Positions 20,981-31,424 of a stretch of 60,175 nucleotides of DNA are shown one piece after another. A model generated the notes under the pieces. It was not told the origin of the DNA. It searched no databases and saw only the letters and a program-made list of their open reading frames with translations. The position numbers and the translations under genes are program-made. Every line of letters begins with the position of its first letter. The stretch's first letter is position 1. Origin of the DNA: Gammaproteobacteria bacterium (GTDB lineage: Bacteria; Pseudomonadota; Gammaproteobacteria; SG8-11); assembly GCA_013151345.1 (NCBI GenBank), contig JAADIM010000038.1:1-60175 (forward strand), read 5' to 3'.

Positions 20981-22501
20981 TCAGCCCGGTCGCCGCCTGT
21001 CGGAGAAACCAAGGTAAGCCAGGGCGATGAAGACTATGCTTATGACCAGCCAATTTCCGACCATACTATAGGGTGTCGAACCTGACATCGGTTGAGTTGC
21101 CCCGCTCAGTGCTTGAGCGACGAACTGAGGTAATTTCGACTGGATATGTCCATTGTGGTCAATAATGGCAGTTACCCCTGTGTTCGTTGCTCTTAATAAT
21201 GGCCGGCCCGTTTCAATTGCGCGCATTTGTGCAATTTGCAAATGTTGGTGTGGCGCAATGGAGTCGCCAAACCAGGCGTCATTGCTGACATTCACCAGCA
21301 GATCAACATCGGGTAACGCGAGAATAGCTTCTTCACCGAAGGCATCCTCATAACAAATCGATATGCCCACTTGGTGATTTGCGATACGTAGAATCCGGTT
21401 TGTATTGTCACTTTGGCTGAAATTAGGCAATGGTACGTTTAAAATTTTCAAAACGTCGCCTAACAAAGCTTTAAACGGTATATATTCACCAAAGGGCACC
21501 ATGTGTTGTTTGTGATAGACGTCTTGTTGTTTGCCCAAACTGATCACGCCATTGTAATAACGTACGCCATCATCATCCATGAAGGGTAGGCCAATAAGTA
21601 AGTCAGTATTAGTTTGCCGGGCTTCTTGATGCAGCCGATCCAAAAAACCTTTCGCCTGGTGATAGAAAGCGGGTAAAGCAGTTTCCGGCCAGATAATTAA
21701 ATCGCTTGACCAGTTTTCCCTGGTTAATTTTGTATACAGGTCGATAGTCGGCTGGCGTTGCTCAGCAAGCCATTTTTTATCCTGAGAGACATTACCTTGT
21801 ATCAGTGTGACGTTAAGGGGGTTGCCTTTGGGCTGCGTCCATTCAACTAAATCAAGCAGTGCGCCACAAAAATAGATCGTAAATAACGCGACCAAGCCAA
21901 ATTTTAATGCCGGTTTCCCGTTGCATAGAATATAAGTAATTAGTGCCGAGCAAATTAACGCTATCCATGAAAGGCCGTAAACCCCCATGACAGGTGCAAA
22001 ACCAATGAGGGGTGAATCAAGCTGGCTGTAACCGATTAACAGCCACGGAAATCCAGTAAAAATCCAGCCTCGAATCCATTCAAAGAGTACGAACAAGCTG
22101 GGTAGTATAATTATCCAGGATTTATTTAAATTGTTTGTGTGAAAAAAACGACGAAAAACAGCACCCGCTATCGCCGGGAATAAGGCCAAGAAAAGTACCA
22201 GTAACGCGGTGAGAAAAATCGCCAAAGCTGGCGGTACACCACCGAATTTGCTCATGCTCACATAAACCCAGGAAACACCAGTAGCAAATAGACCCACGCC
22301 AAAAAGATAACCATGCCTGAATGCTTTGTTAACGGATGAGTTGAGCCACAAATAGAATAACAGGCTGAGTGTAACGAGACTTATCGGGAATAAATAAAAA
22401 GGCGCAAATGCCAGCGTCGTCAATGCACCGCAAGACAAGGCCAGAATGTCGGCGTGCCATCGATGTTGCGAAATATTTTTTAGAACGGAGAGAGCATTCA
22501 C
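20981..22501 (-). CDS. lnt: Apolipoprotein N-acyltransferase
   Basis: The 506-aa ORF has a multi-TM N-terminus and a C-N hydrolase domain ('IWPETALP', 'GISICYEDAF'). The lnt-corC-ybeY-ybeZ-miaB block is conserved. Confidence 0.9.
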   Translation of the reverse strand: MNALSVLKNISQHRWHADILALSCGALTTLAFAPFYLFPISLVTLSLLFYLWLNSSVNKAFRHGYLFGVGLFATGVSWVYVSMSKFGGVPPALAIFLTALLVLFLALFPAIAGAVFRRFFHTNNLNKSWIIILPSLFVLFEWIRGWIFTGFPWLLIGYSQLDSPLIGFAPVMGVYGLSWIALICSALITYILCNGKPALKFGLVALFTIYFCGALLDLVEWTQPKGNPLNVTLIQGNVSQDKKWLAEQRQPTIDLYTKLTRENWSSDLIIWPETALPAFYHQAKGFLDRLHQEARQTNTDLLIGLPFMDDDGVRYYNGVISLGKQQDVYHKQHMVPFGEYIPFKALLGDVLKILNVPLPNFSQSDNTNRILRIANHQVGISICYEDAFGEEAILALPDVDLLVNVSNDAWFGDSIAPHQHLQIAQMRAIETGRPLLRATNTGVTAIIDHNGHIQSKLPQFVAQALSGATQPMSGSTPYSMVGNWLVISIVFIALAYLGFSDRRRPG

Positions 22502-22504
22502 GTA

Positions 22505-23389
22505 TTATTGCTTACTGTCTTCTTTTTTTAGCCTAAATGCTTGTAATAAATGTATGCGACGATTGTCCGCACGCAAAACTTGAAAACGAAACTGCCCTAT
22601 TATTATTGTTTCACCCCGTTTAGGTACGTGGCCAAATTTACGCATGAGCAATCCGCCAATCGTATCGATTTCATCTTCTTCATATTTTAAACCAAAATAC
22701 TCATTGAATTCTTCTAATGGTGTTAATGCTTTAACGGTATAGGTTGAATCGCTGTATTTGTGGATAAAAACATCTTCATCAATGTCAGATTCGTCTTCAA
22801 TCTCGCCTACGATTTGTTCCAGTACGTCTTCAATCGTAATCAGGCCGGATACACCGCCATACTCATCGACAACAATCGCCATGTGATTTCGGTTGGAACG
22901 AAACTCGGTTAATAACACATTTAGTCGCTTACTTTCGGGAATAAATACTGCGGGACGCAGTATGTCACGTATATTGAACTCTTCGATCCCGTTGTTTGCG
23001 TAATAAGTTAGCAGATCTTTGGCAAGCAATATTCCGGTGACTTCATGTTGAGAGTCACCCAGCACCGGAAATCGTGAATGGGCTGATTCAATTATAGTCG
23101 GTAAAAAATCTGCGGGTTTTTGGCCCTGGTCAATGACAATCATTTGAGTACGAGGGATCATGACTTCCCGAACCTGCATATCAGATACTTGAATGACCCC
23201 TTCGATCATAGAAAGTGCATCCGGGTTGATGATGTGCCGTTGTTCGCTTTCGCGTAGCAAATAAATCAGTTGTTCACGTGTTTTTGGTTCTCTTAGCAAG
23301 ACTTCACTGAGACGCTCCAATAGCGAGGGCTGTTGGGCTTGCTCAGATTCGTTGTCTTGAGTCTCCGGCTTGAGTGGGTTTTCGTTCAT
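22505..23389 (-). CDS. corC: CorC/YbeX CBS-pair plus CorC_HlyC domain protein
   Basis: The 294-aa ORF has 'VREVMIPR' and a C-terminal 'GETIIIGQFRFQVLRADNRRI'. Synteny supports the call. Confidence 0.88.
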   Translation of the reverse strand: MNENPLKPETQDNESEQAQQPSLLERLSEVLLREPKTREQLIYLLRESEQRHIINPDALSMIEGVIQVSDMQVREVMIPRTQMIVIDQGQKPADFLPTIIESAHSRFPVLGDSQHEVTGILLAKDLLTYYANNGIEEFNIRDILRPAVFIPESKRLNVLLTEFRSNRNHMAIVVDEYGGVSGLITIEDVLEQIVGEIEDESDIDEDVFIHKYSDSTYTVKALTPLEEFNEYFGLKYEEDEIDTIGGLLMRKFGHVPKRGETIIIGQFRFQVLRADNRRIHLLQAFRLKKEDSKQ

Positions 23390-23416
23390 TGCTTTTTATT
23401 TGAAGAGGTGTATGAC

Positions 23417-23920
23417 TTAATCAGAGGTTCTTTGGATGTACGGGTTAGTAAAGCCAATTTGTTTTAATATGTTTATTTCACACGATTCCATTTCACTTGC
23501 GTCCTGTTCATTAGTGTGATCATACCCTAATAGATGTAGGATACCATGTACTGTCAAGTGAGCCCAATGCGCCTTGGGGTCTTTGTTTTGGGTTTTCGCC
23601 TCATTAAAAACGATGGGAGAGCAGATAACAATGTCGCCAATGTGTGAGACAGGAATATCTTCGGCGTATTCTGCCGGAAATGACAATACATTTGTAGGCC
23701 CATTTTTATGTCTATAATGCTCATTTAAATAAGTACTTTCTTTTTCATGGACAACACGAATAGTGAGTTGCGCACCTTCCTTTTTGCCGGCTAACGCAGC
23801 ACTTGCCCATTTTTTAAAATCAGATGCGGGTGGAGGCTTAGTTTCTTTAGCATTTGTTTCTTTAACACTTGTTCCATCAACATTTGCTTCATTATGTGCA
23901 TATTGCACGTCTATGTCCAA
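23417..23920 (-). CDS. ybeY: rRNA maturation endoribonuclease YbeY
   Basis: The zinc motif 'HGILHLLGYDH' is present. Confidence 0.88.
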   Translation of the reverse strand: MDIDVQYAHNEANVDGTSVKETNAKETKPPPASDFKKWASAALAGKKEGAQLTIRVVHEKESTYLNEHYRHKNGPTNVLSFPAEYAEDIPVSHIGDIVICSPIVFNEAKTQNKDPKAHWAHLTVHGILHLLGYDHTNEQDASEMESCEINILKQIGFTNPYIQRTSD

Positions 23921-23921
23921 G

Positions 23922-24956
23922 TCAGCCTTTCTCTATTCCGGGTTGGTCGGTTTCCTGATTATTGCCGTTCTCATTATAATCGTAAGCGGCAATGATGCGT
24001 TGTATCAAAGGATGTCGGACAGCATCTATTGATTTGAAGAAGGTGAAGCCTATTTTCTCTTCATTTTTCAGCACTTCGACAGCGTGGTTTAAACCTGATT
24101 GTGTGCCACGTGATAAATCTATTTGGGTAACATCACCGGTGATAACCACAGTGGAGCCCATGCCGATACGTGTCAAAAACATTTTCATTTGTTCCGTCGT
24201 GGTGTTTTGTGCTTCGTCAAGAATTATAAATGCATCATTCAGTGTTCGGCCGCGCATGAAGGCGAGCGGGGCGATTTCAATGATATTTTGACTTATAAGC
24301 TTTGCTACATTATCAAACCCGATTAGTTCATATAACGCATCATAAAGTGGGCGTAAATATGGATCAATTTTTTGTGCCATATCGCCAGGCAGAAAACCCA
24401 GGTGTTCGCCAGCTTCAACTGCCGGGCGAGTCAATACTAATCGATGTACGTTGCTATTTTCCAACGCGATAACGGCGCATGCAACTGCCAAGAAAGTTTT
24501 TCCCGTACCTGCTGGCCCTATACCAAAAGTGATGTCGTGTGTGCTGATGCTGTCGAGGTATTTTCTTTGGTTTTCTCCTCGGCCTTTGACGGTTGCAATT
24601 TTTGTTTTAATGATTATTTCTTTTGCTGCATTTTTAATATCTGATGATTGATTTGTCTCTCCGTTTGCGTACGTATCCTCGCTTGCGTTGGCATCCTGTA
24701 TATGGAGATGAACAATGTCAGGTGTAAGGGATTCTTTTGACGTTTCACTGTAAAGCGTTTTAAGGATCTGGCTCGCCGACTTAACGGCGGCAACGTCACC
24801 AATTATTCTCAATGCGTTGCCGCGAATGTTTATTTTGACATTTAAGCGTTGTTCAATTTGACGTAAGTGTTCATCGAATTGTCCACACAAATTGGCCAGA
24901 CGAGAATTATCTACCGGCTGTAGAACAAAATCGCTGGATGTTGGCTGGCTGTTCAA
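23922..24956 (-). CDS. ybeZ: PhoH-like ATPase YbeZ
   Basis: A Walker A motif '[11 protein letters not shown]' and 'ILDEAQN' are present. Synteny with ybeY and miaB supports the call. Confidence 0.9.
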   Translation of the reverse strand: MNSQPTSSDFVLQPVDNSRLANLCGQFDEHLRQIEQRLNVKINIRGNALRIIGDVAAVKSASQILKTLYSETSKESLTPDIVHLHIQDANASEDTYANGETNQSSDIKNAAKEIIIKTKIATVKGRGENQRKYLDSISTHDITFGIGPAGTGKTFLAVACAVIALENSNVHRLVLTRPAVEAGEHLGFLPGDMAQKIDPYLRPLYDALYELIGFDNVAKLISQNIIEIAPLAFMRGRTLNDAFIILDEAQNTTTEQMKMFLTRIGMGSTVVITGDVTQIDLSRGTQSGLNHAVEVLKNEEKIGFTFFKSIDAVRHPLIQRIIAAYDYNENGNNQETDQPGIEKG

Positions 24957-26344
24957 GATGGGTTCTGTACTGCCAGTCTGTTCGGCGCGCCAATATTAGG
25001 CTGCGAAAACGAAGACTCGACCAGCTCGCCCCGTAGTGAATTCGGGAGGGCTTGTGTGATAGTGGCAGTAATGAATTTTCCAATCAAATCAGCACTTCCT
25101 TTTAAATTAACTATACGATTATTATCGGTTCTGCCAGAGATTTGTTTAGAGTCTTTTTTTGATGGACCACTGACCAGGACCCGCTGCTGACTACCGACCA
25201 TGGACTGGCTGATAGCGTCAGTAAGTTCGATTATACGATTTTGCAGCGTTTTTAGCCTTGTTTTTTTAGTGTCCAGCGAACTGGAATCAGTCAAATTAGC
25301 GGCGGGTGTTCCCGGCCTTGCGCTATAAATAAAGCTGTATGAGTGATCAAATTCGATCTCATTAATTAAGTCCATAGTAGCCTGAAAATCGTCATCCGTT
25401 TCACCTGGAAATCCTATTATAAAGTCAGACGATAAGCTGATGTCGGGGCGAATTTCGCGTAAACGACGCAGTTTGGATTTGTATTCCAAAATGGTGTGGC
25501 CTCTTTTCATGGCGCTTAAAATACGGTCAGATCCACTTTGGACCGGCAAGTGCACATGGCTGACGAGCTGTGGGATGTCGCGATAGGTCTCAATCAACGA
25601 GTCAGAAAATTCCACTGGATGTGAGGTGGTATAACGTATGCGCTCAATGCCGTCGATTGTCGCTATATAACGAATAAGTAACGCGAAATCGCCGATATCG
25701 CCATCTTGCATGACACCTTGGTAGGCATTTACATTCTGTCCTAGCAGTGTGATTTCTTTAACACCTTGGGCTGCAAGTTGTGTAATTTCGACGAGTACAC
25801 TATCAAAAGGCCGGCTGATTTCTTCCCCACGTGTATAAGGAACAACACAAAATGTACAGTATTTACTGCAACCTTCCATAATGGAGACGAGCGCAGCTGG
25901 TCCGTTAGCACTCGGTTGTGGCAGACAATCAAATTTTTCAATTTCAGGAAAGGTGATATCGATAGACGGTTGCTTTAATTTTTTTACACGATCAAGCATG
26001 CCCGGCAGCCGGTGCAGTGTTTGTGGGCCAAACACGATATCCACATAAGGTGCCCGCTTGAGAATGGCGTCACCTTCCTGGCTTGCTACACAGCCGCCGA
26101 CACCAATGATTAGATCCGGGCGGGTTTTTTTGATGTCGCGCCAGCGGCCCAAGTGGGAAAATACTTTTTCTTGTGCTTTTTCTCTTATGGAACAAGTGTT
26201 TAACAAAACAATGTCAGCTTCTTCCGGGGTGTTTGCCAGTTCAACGTTGTGCGATGCTTTAAGCACATCCGCCATTTTTGACGAGTCATACTCGTTCATT
26301 TGGCAACCAAATGTTTTAATAAACAGCTTTTTAGGCATGCTCAA
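24953..26344 (-). CDS. miaB: tRNA-i6A37 methylthiotransferase MiaB
   Basis: The ORF has '[11 protein letters not shown]' and the radical-SAM motif '[11 protein letters not shown]'. A C-terminal TRAM region is present. Confidence 0.93.
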   Translation of the reverse strand: MSMPKKLFIKTFGCQMNEYDSSKMADVLKASHNVELANTPEEADIVLLNTCSIREKAQEKVFSHLGRWRDIKKTRPDLIIGVGGCVASQEGDAILKRAPYVDIVFGPQTLHRLPGMLDRVKKLKQPSIDITFPEIEKFDCLPQPSANGPAALVSIMEGCSKYCTFCVVPYTRGEEISRPFDSVLVEITQLAAQGVKEITLLGQNVNAYQGVMQDGDIGDFALLIRYIATIDGIERIRYTTSHPVEFSDSLIETYRDIPQLVSHVHLPVQSGSDRILSAMKRGHTILEYKSKLRRLREIRPDISLSSDFIIGFPGETDDDFQATMDLINEIEFDHSYSFIYSARPGTPAANLTDSSSLDTKKTRLKTLQNRIIELTDAISQSMVGSQQRVLVSGPSKKDSKQISGRTDNNRIVNLKGSADLIGKFITATITQALPNSLRGELVESSFSQPNIGAPNRLAVQNPS

Positions 26345-26525
26345 TCCGATGAAAAAAGGGACACAAAATTACACCTTATAGAGCAATATTTCCAGTCCCG
26401 ATTTTCGTATAGTGTGTTTTTATACAGCACAATTTTTAACCATGGGCGCTCCTGTCCGTATGACGTCTGTGATAACAAGTAAGCTATATTGGATAAACTA
26501 ACGCGTATACTGCATGAATTTTGTG

Positions 26526-27722
26526 CTATTTATCATATCCCGGTTCAGAGGAAATTTTGTGGATGCTTAAATCAGCGCCCAGAAATTCTTCTTCCTGGCT
26601 CAATCTGATACCTGTCGTCGCTTTGAGACCGCCGTATATGATAAATCCGCCGGCCAGCGCGATGGTCACGCCCAATAATGTACCGACGACTTGTGCTCCA
26701 AAGCTGACGCCACCCATACCGCCGAATGTCTGCAGGCCAAATATACCGGCGGCTATACCGCCCCAGGCGCCGCACAAGCCATGTAATGGCCAGACCCCGA
26801 GTACGTCGTCAATGCGCCATTTGTTCTGTGTGAGTGTGAATGTCCAGACAAACAGAGCGCCGGCTATTGCGCCAGTTGCCAATGCGCCTAAGGGATGCAT
26901 TACGTCAGATCCTGCGCAGATAGCGACTAGTCCGGCTAATGGTCCATTGTGAACAAATCCTGGGTCGTTTTTACCGGCGATTAATGCGGCCAAAATACCA
27001 CCTACCATGGCCATCAGCGAATTAATGGCCACCAAACCGCTCACGGCTTCCACGGTTTGGGCGGACATGACGTTGAAGCCAAACCAGCCCACCGTCAGTA
27101 CCCACGCGCCCAGCGCAAGAAATGGGATGCTCGACGGTGGATGCGCGAATATTTGTCCGTCTTTTCCATAGCGTCCATGCCGCACACCCAATGTAATAAC
27201 AGCGCCCAATGCCAACCAACCGCCCATTGCGTGCACCACTACCGAACCGGCGAAATCATGAAATTCGGCGCCAAATTGTTTGCCGATCCACTCTTGAATC
27301 CCGAAGTTGCCGTTCCAAACAATACCCTCAAAAAAAGGATAGATGAGCGCGACAAACAACGCCGTCGCGACTAATTGGGGGTAGAAGCTTGCACGTTCGG
27401 CGATGCCACCGGAGATAATTGCTGGAATTGCGGCTGCAAAAGTGAGCAGAAAAAAGAATTTAACTAACTCATAACCATTTTTCTGAGCAAGTGACTCGGC
27501 GCCTTGTAAAAAATCAATTCCGTAGGCAACACTATACCCGATAAAAAAATAAGCAATGGTCGAGGTTGCAAAGTCGCAGATTATTTTGACCAGAGCATTA
27601 ACCTGGTTTTTTTTACGCACCGTACCCACTTCCAGAAAAGCGAAACCGGAATGCATGGCGAGTACCATAATTGCGCCTAATAGAATGAACAGTACGTCGC
27701 TGCCGGATTGTAATGTGTCCAT
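26526..27722 (-). CDS. amt: Ammonium transporter (Amt family)
   Basis: The ORF is multi-TM and has Amt signatures 'DFAGSVVVHAMGGW' and 'VWPLHGLCGAWGG'. I trimmed the start to the Met at 27722, which is preceded by a GGGGAGGG Shine-Dalgarno-like tract. The listed ORF extends further, to 27803. Confidence 0.9.
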   Translation of the reverse strand: MDTLQSGSDVLFILLGAIMVLAMHSGFAFLEVGTVRKKNQVNALVKIICDFATSTIAYFFIGYSVAYGIDFLQGAESLAQKNGYELVKFFFLLTFAAAIPAIISGGIAERASFYPQLVATALFVALIYPFFEGIVWNGNFGIQEWIGKQFGAEFHDFAGSVVVHAMGGWLALGAVITLGVRHGRYGKDGQIFAHPPSSIPFLALGAWVLTVGWFGFNVMSAQTVEAVSGLVAINSLMAMVGGILAALIAGKNDPGFVHNGPLAGLVAICAGSDVMHPLGALATGAIAGALFVWTFTLTQNKWRIDDVLGVWPLHGLCGAWGGIAAGIFGLQTFGGMGGVSFGAQVVGTLLGVTIALAGGFIIYGGLKATTGIRLSQEEEFLGADLSIHKISSEPGYDK

Positions 27723-28016
27723 AACCCTCCCCTTGTATAAGAGCCAAAAATAAGAGCCAAAAATATTATTAATATAGCGCAGTATACTGCAAGTTTCGCA
27801 CAACAGCAGTGCGTACTTATAACTTATTGTTTGTTAGGGGCTGGATAGCCGGTTGGGAAATATTTGTATGCGCAACGATTGTGCAAAAATATATTGATGC
27901 CTTCATATGTGACATTGTGGCAATGTGGTTGTAGGTGGACTTCGCAAGCTCACTCCAATCTACGAAGAAGACTTTCGCGATACCCATCCTCATCTCTGTA
28001 ACTAGTTACTCCGACG

Positions 28017-29375
28017 TCAGTTAGATGCCTTTTGACTAGAAGCTTTGCCATGAATTATCTTCGGCCAATAACTATCAACTTTAAAACTTGGGCTATGTGA
28101 CCCTACATGGCATTGTGCGCACACTTTTTCTTTTGGCCAACCATGGTTACTTACCTTGGTTTTTCCACCACTGTTGGCGTGTTCGCGGCTGGCGCCGTGG
28201 CAAGATTCACACTGTACGTTAAGTAAATTTGCTGTGACGGTTGAGTCAATAAAACCACCCGTTTTTTCAAATCCGACGGTGTGGCATACAATACAGTCTG
28301 GATCGAATGCCTTATTGACTGCTTCGAGTTCTTCAAAAGCGCTCGCATGTTTGCTGGCTTGCCATATTTTATGTTCTTTGGCATGGCAGGTTTTGCAAAT
28401 ATTTTCGCCAGCGAACTGACTTTCCCCGGTTTCCAGTTTTTTTCTAATCGCAACTCGTTTCAAATAATCTTCTTTAACTTTAGCGTTGTATTGATCATAC
28501 CACTGAGTAAGGTAAGCTGCATCCGCAATCGAGTCGGGCAAACGAATGACCTCCTGTTTAAACTTGTCTATTTTATTTTTTTTATTTAGTTTTATGTCCA
28601 CCCTTCCAAGGCGCATGCCCCTGGAACCAGGTTGCAATACCAATGTAGATTTATGCAGTTGCGGTTCGCTATAAACTTCATGCGCTGAGCGTATAAGCAG
28701 AACATCGATATGGTCAAGCGGGATTTGTTTTAATGCTTTTTTGAGAGAAAGCGTTGTAGATAACACGGTAACGGCGTTATTATCTTTTGCTTTCTTAATT
28801 AATTCAGTTAGGGTGTTTATGTTGTCACTAACGGACTGATGTTTTCCCTGCATTTGCTGTTGTGGGGAATTTTTTGGATCGAGCCAATTGAAGAATGCCA
28901 ATTTTATGTTGTTGCGCATAATAAAAAGCTGTTTATCGAAGTTATCGTTGTGCCAGTTTGAAGCAACCCAGGGTAAAGTGGTAAGGGTATCGTTTTTTAA
29001 AAACTCTTCACCATAGGCGAGGTCTCGCCACTGAACACCAATGGCGTCGTAATTCATGGTTGCGATGCCCTTTAGAATGTATTGGCTTTTGAGTTTGTCG
29101 CGTGGAGACTCGCTGGTAATCAGGCCGCCAGAGGTAATAAGAAACATCGCCGGATTTTCTTTTCTAAGTGTCTGGATCATTGATGCGCGACGTTTAATGC
29201 CACCTAAATCAGTTTCTTCCGCGCAACCGCAAGGCTCTAGCTCACCATTGAGGTTGCCAGAATATATGAGTGTAAATTTGTTTTGTTGTTCTTGTGGTGT
29301 TTGATTATCTGCAAGGCAGATATTTATTGAATAAAGTGAAAAAAAAATAATTGCGATTTTATTAGATATGGACAT
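28017..29375 (-). CDS. Secreted fusion of a degenerate 5'-nucleotidase/metallophosphatase-like domain with a C-terminal tetrahaem cytochrome c (c554-like)
   Basis: There are four CxxCH motifs (CKTCH, CIVCH, CESCH, CAQCH) in the last ~130 aa. The N-terminal part aligns by eye to the UshA-type fold but lacks its metal ligands. I trimmed the start to 'MSISNKIAIIFFSLYSINICLA' (signal peptide). The listed ORF start at 29459 would overlap the upstream gene. Confidence 0.7.
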   Translation of the reverse strand: MSISNKIAIIFFSLYSINICLADNQTPQEQQNKFTLIYSGNLNGELEPCGCAEETDLGGIKRRASMIQTLRKENPAMFLITSGGLITSESPRDKLKSQYILKGIATMNYDAIGVQWRDLAYGEEFLKNDTLTTLPWVASNWHNDNFDKQLFIMRNNIKLAFFNWLDPKNSPQQQMQGKHQSVSDNINTLTELIKKAKDNNAVTVLSTTLSLKKALKQIPLDHIDVLLIRSAHEVYSEPQLHKSTLVLQPGSRGMRLGRVDIKLNKKNKIDKFKQEVIRLPDSIADAAYLTQWYDQYNAKVKEDYLKRVAIRKKLETGESQFAGENICKTCHAKEHKIWQASKHASAFEELEAVNKAFDPDCIVCHTVGFEKTGGFIDSTVTANLLNVQCESCHGASREHANSGGKTKVSNHGWPKEKVCAQCHVGSHSPSFKVDSYWPKIIHGKASSQKASN

Positions 29376-29430
29376 TGATCGAAGTCGCTTTTTCTGGCTC
29401 AAGTTATGATTCAAAGTTTTATAAATATAT

Positions 29431-30207
29431 TTATTTAAAAGGTACGCCCGCTTTTTCATACCACTGACGCGCCAGTGGTATATCTTTAGTTAAACCGTAC
29501 AAGCCATTTTGATAGGCTTTTGCTAACGCAATGCGTGCTTTTTTATCGCCGCGATTAGCCGATTCGCGTATCCACGCCATTGCGTGCGCATCACTTTGCG
29601 CAACGCCCTTGCCGGATAAGTGCAAAAGTCCAAGGTGTAATTGCGCTTTGGCAGACCCTGCTTTCGACGCGCGTGTTAGCCAATGCGCTGCTTCTTTAAA
29701 GTTTTGTTTAACACCGTCACCTTGCATCAGCATGACTCCGATATTCTCTTGGGCTTTGCGATATCCTTTTCTTGCTGCTCGTTTAAGCCAGTATGCGCCT
29801 TGTTCAGGGTTTTTTTTGACGCCTAGACCAAAGCGATACATGATGCCGAGGCTGTTTTGAGCCAATAAATGATCTTGTTCAGCGGCTTTGCGATACCAGT
29901 TAATGGCGATCTTGTCATTTTGCTGGACGCCGCGCCCGTGACGATACATAACCCCTAATCGGCGTTGTGCTTCCGCCAATCCATTCTCTGCGAGCGGTTT
30001 TAATATCTTATAGGCCCTAGAGTATTCATGGGCTTTGTAAGCGGCAATGCCTTCATCTAATTGATCTAATTGGTCAGGAGCTACCGACTCAGAGTGGGCA
30101 TCAAATACCCAAATCAAGATGACTAGCCCAAAAAGCAGCGTTTTTCCTTTAAAAATTAGGCTGCTGGATTGGGTTGAATAAAAAGTGATCATTGGGCTCT
30201 GCGGCAT
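29431..30207 (-). CDS. Sel1-repeat (TPR-like) protein with N-terminal signal/TM
   Basis: There are about six consecutive Sel1 units of the form 'A..WY.KAA.QG...AQ..LG.MY..G.GV..'. Confidence 0.85.
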   Translation of the reverse strand: MPQSPMITFYSTQSSSLIFKGKTLLFGLVILIWVFDAHSESVAPDQLDQLDEGIAAYKAHEYSRAYKILKPLAENGLAEAQRRLGVMYRHGRGVQQNDKIAINWYRKAAEQDHLLAQNSLGIMYRFGLGVKKNPEQGAYWLKRAARKGYRKAQENIGVMLMQGDGVKQNFKEAAHWLTRASKAGSAKAQLHLGLLHLSGKGVAQSDAHAMAWIRESANRGDKKARIALAKAYQNGLYGLTKDIPLARQWYEKAGVPFK

Positions 30208-30257
30208 TTTAAATTGTTAAATACAACAGTATGTTGACAAGTTTATATGCCAGATGT

Positions 30258-30692
30258 TCACTGATATTTAATTGGTTCATCCGGATTGGTTTCAATATGT
30301 ACGGCATTGCTTGGTGGTGCACCTTCTTCTTCCGTATCTGCGGTTTTCTTAGTAGTCGTTTTCTTTTTTGTTTTGGTTTTCGGAGCAGTGTTAACGGTTG
30401 TGTTAATAAGGCTTGATGTAGGCCAGTCACTGAAGGGATAGGGTTTTTCTTCAGTACCATAACATACGAAAAGTACTATTTGTGCGATGTATTGCGCCAA
30501 ATTTTGGCCAAATTCGACCAGTCGTTCATTACAGGAACCGGTGAATAAGGTGCTTAAAAACTGAAATACAACCAACGCACCAACGATAAACTTTGTAACC
30601 CCCAAAACGACGAGGAAAAGTAGCATATAAAGTCCACGAATCCAGGTGTTCGTATTAGTGAGTTTTTGTTTTATTTCGTCATCCATTTGCAT
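30258..30692 (-). CDS. DUF4389-like small membrane protein with a K/T-rich tail
   Basis: Two TM helices are present ('LYMLLFLVVLGVTKFIVGALVVFQF') with 'YPFSDWP'. The family assignment is from memory. Confidence 0.55.
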   Translation of the reverse strand: MQMDDEIKQKLTNTNTWIRGLYMLLFLVVLGVTKFIVGALVVFQFLSTLFTGSCNERLVEFGQNLAQYIAQIVLFVCYGTEEKPYPFSDWPTSSLINTTVNTAPKTKTKKKTTTKKTADTEEEGAPPSNAVHIETNPDEPIKYQ

Positions 30693-30877
30693 TCCCCTTT
30701 GCTCCTGTATCAGGATTTATAAATGTATAAATAAGTACTGCTAATTTAACAACGGAGCCAATTGTATCCTGAAATTTGGGACAATGGAAAAATTAAGCGA
30801 CCCGTGCTAAATCAGTTTGTTCAGATACACTAAAATTCATAGGTGTGGAGCCAAAGACGTCGAGCTAGGAATAGAAT

Positions 30878-30900
30878 GAATAAAACCCTGGCGGCAGGGT
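30878..30900 (-). terminator. Rho-independent terminator downstream of rsd
   Basis: On the minus strand the sequence reads accctg-ccgc-cagggt followed by tttta. It lies about 45 nt after the rsd stop. Confidence 0.5.
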
Positions 30901-30942
30901 GCATTATGTGAAAAAGAGCGTGAAAAAGAACGAGTGTAGGTA

Positions 30943-31401
30943 CTAATCTCTGGATGCAGTTGCAGTTAACGCATTGATTACTCGGTCTTCCATATCTATA
31001 CGGTCTGCGAGCAATTCGCCAAGTTCTGATAAATCAATATCAAGACTTTGAAAATCGATGCATTCATCTTTGCAGTCATATTTATCATTAAAATCAAGAA
31101 TCTTCTGCGTTATTGAGGCAATTTGGGGGTAGATAGATTGGGCAATATCTTGTACGGGTTGGCGTCTTTCTTTTTTCTCATCGATGTGTCGATAAAGTTG
31201 AAAATGAGCCGATGCGGCGTAATCAACCAACGATTCACAGAATTCCTGCAGCAGCTTTTGGGTTGTCTTGTTGGCGCTAAACGGAGTTTTAGAGGCTAAT
31301 TGTGAGTAGAGGGAAAGAGTACCAGTTCGTGAAGAGACAAGCGTTTGTATATTATTATGAGAACTACCGCGCCGTTCCTGTACTGATGTTTCTACTGACA
31401 T
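30943..31401 (-). CDS. rsd: Rsd/AlgQ-family regulator of sigma-70
   Basis: 'LQEFCESLVDYAASAHFQLYRHI' parallels E. coli Rsd 'LDDFCQSLVDYLSAGHFSIYERI'. The ORF is 152 aa. Confidence 0.75.
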   Translation of the reverse strand: MSVETSVQERRGSSHNNIQTLVSSRTGTLSLYSQLASKTPFSANKTTQKLLQEFCESLVDYAASAHFQLYRHIDEKKERRQPVQDIAQSIYPQIASITQKILDFNDKYDCKDECIDFQSLDIDLSELGELLADRIDMEDRVINALTATASRD

Positions 31402-31424
31402 ATATCCTCCAGATTGCTTGTGAG

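Noticed and set aside
27723-27803. N-terminal 27-codon extension of the amt ORF
   Set aside because: The extension ('MCETCSILRYINNIF...') is not membrane-protein-like. The internal Met at 27722 has a strong Shine-Dalgarno-like tract and begins the first TM segment.
27881-27901. Possible sigma-54 promoter (GGCAT...TTGCA on the minus strand) upstream of amt
   Set aside because: The GG and GC elements are 15 nt apart instead of the required 10. A second candidate near 27785-27800 lacks the GG dinucleotide.
27931-27963. REP-like hairpin gtaggtgga...tccaatctac downstream of the cytochrome gene
   Set aside because: It is a single short imperfect hairpin. I cannot show that it belongs to a repeat family from this window alone. 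I note it only because a similar 'tgtagga...' hairpin occurs at 47598.
29376-29459. N-terminal 28-codon extension of the cytochrome fusion ORF
   Set aside because: It would overlap the Sel1 gene by 29 nt. The internal Met at 29375 starts a canonical signal peptide.
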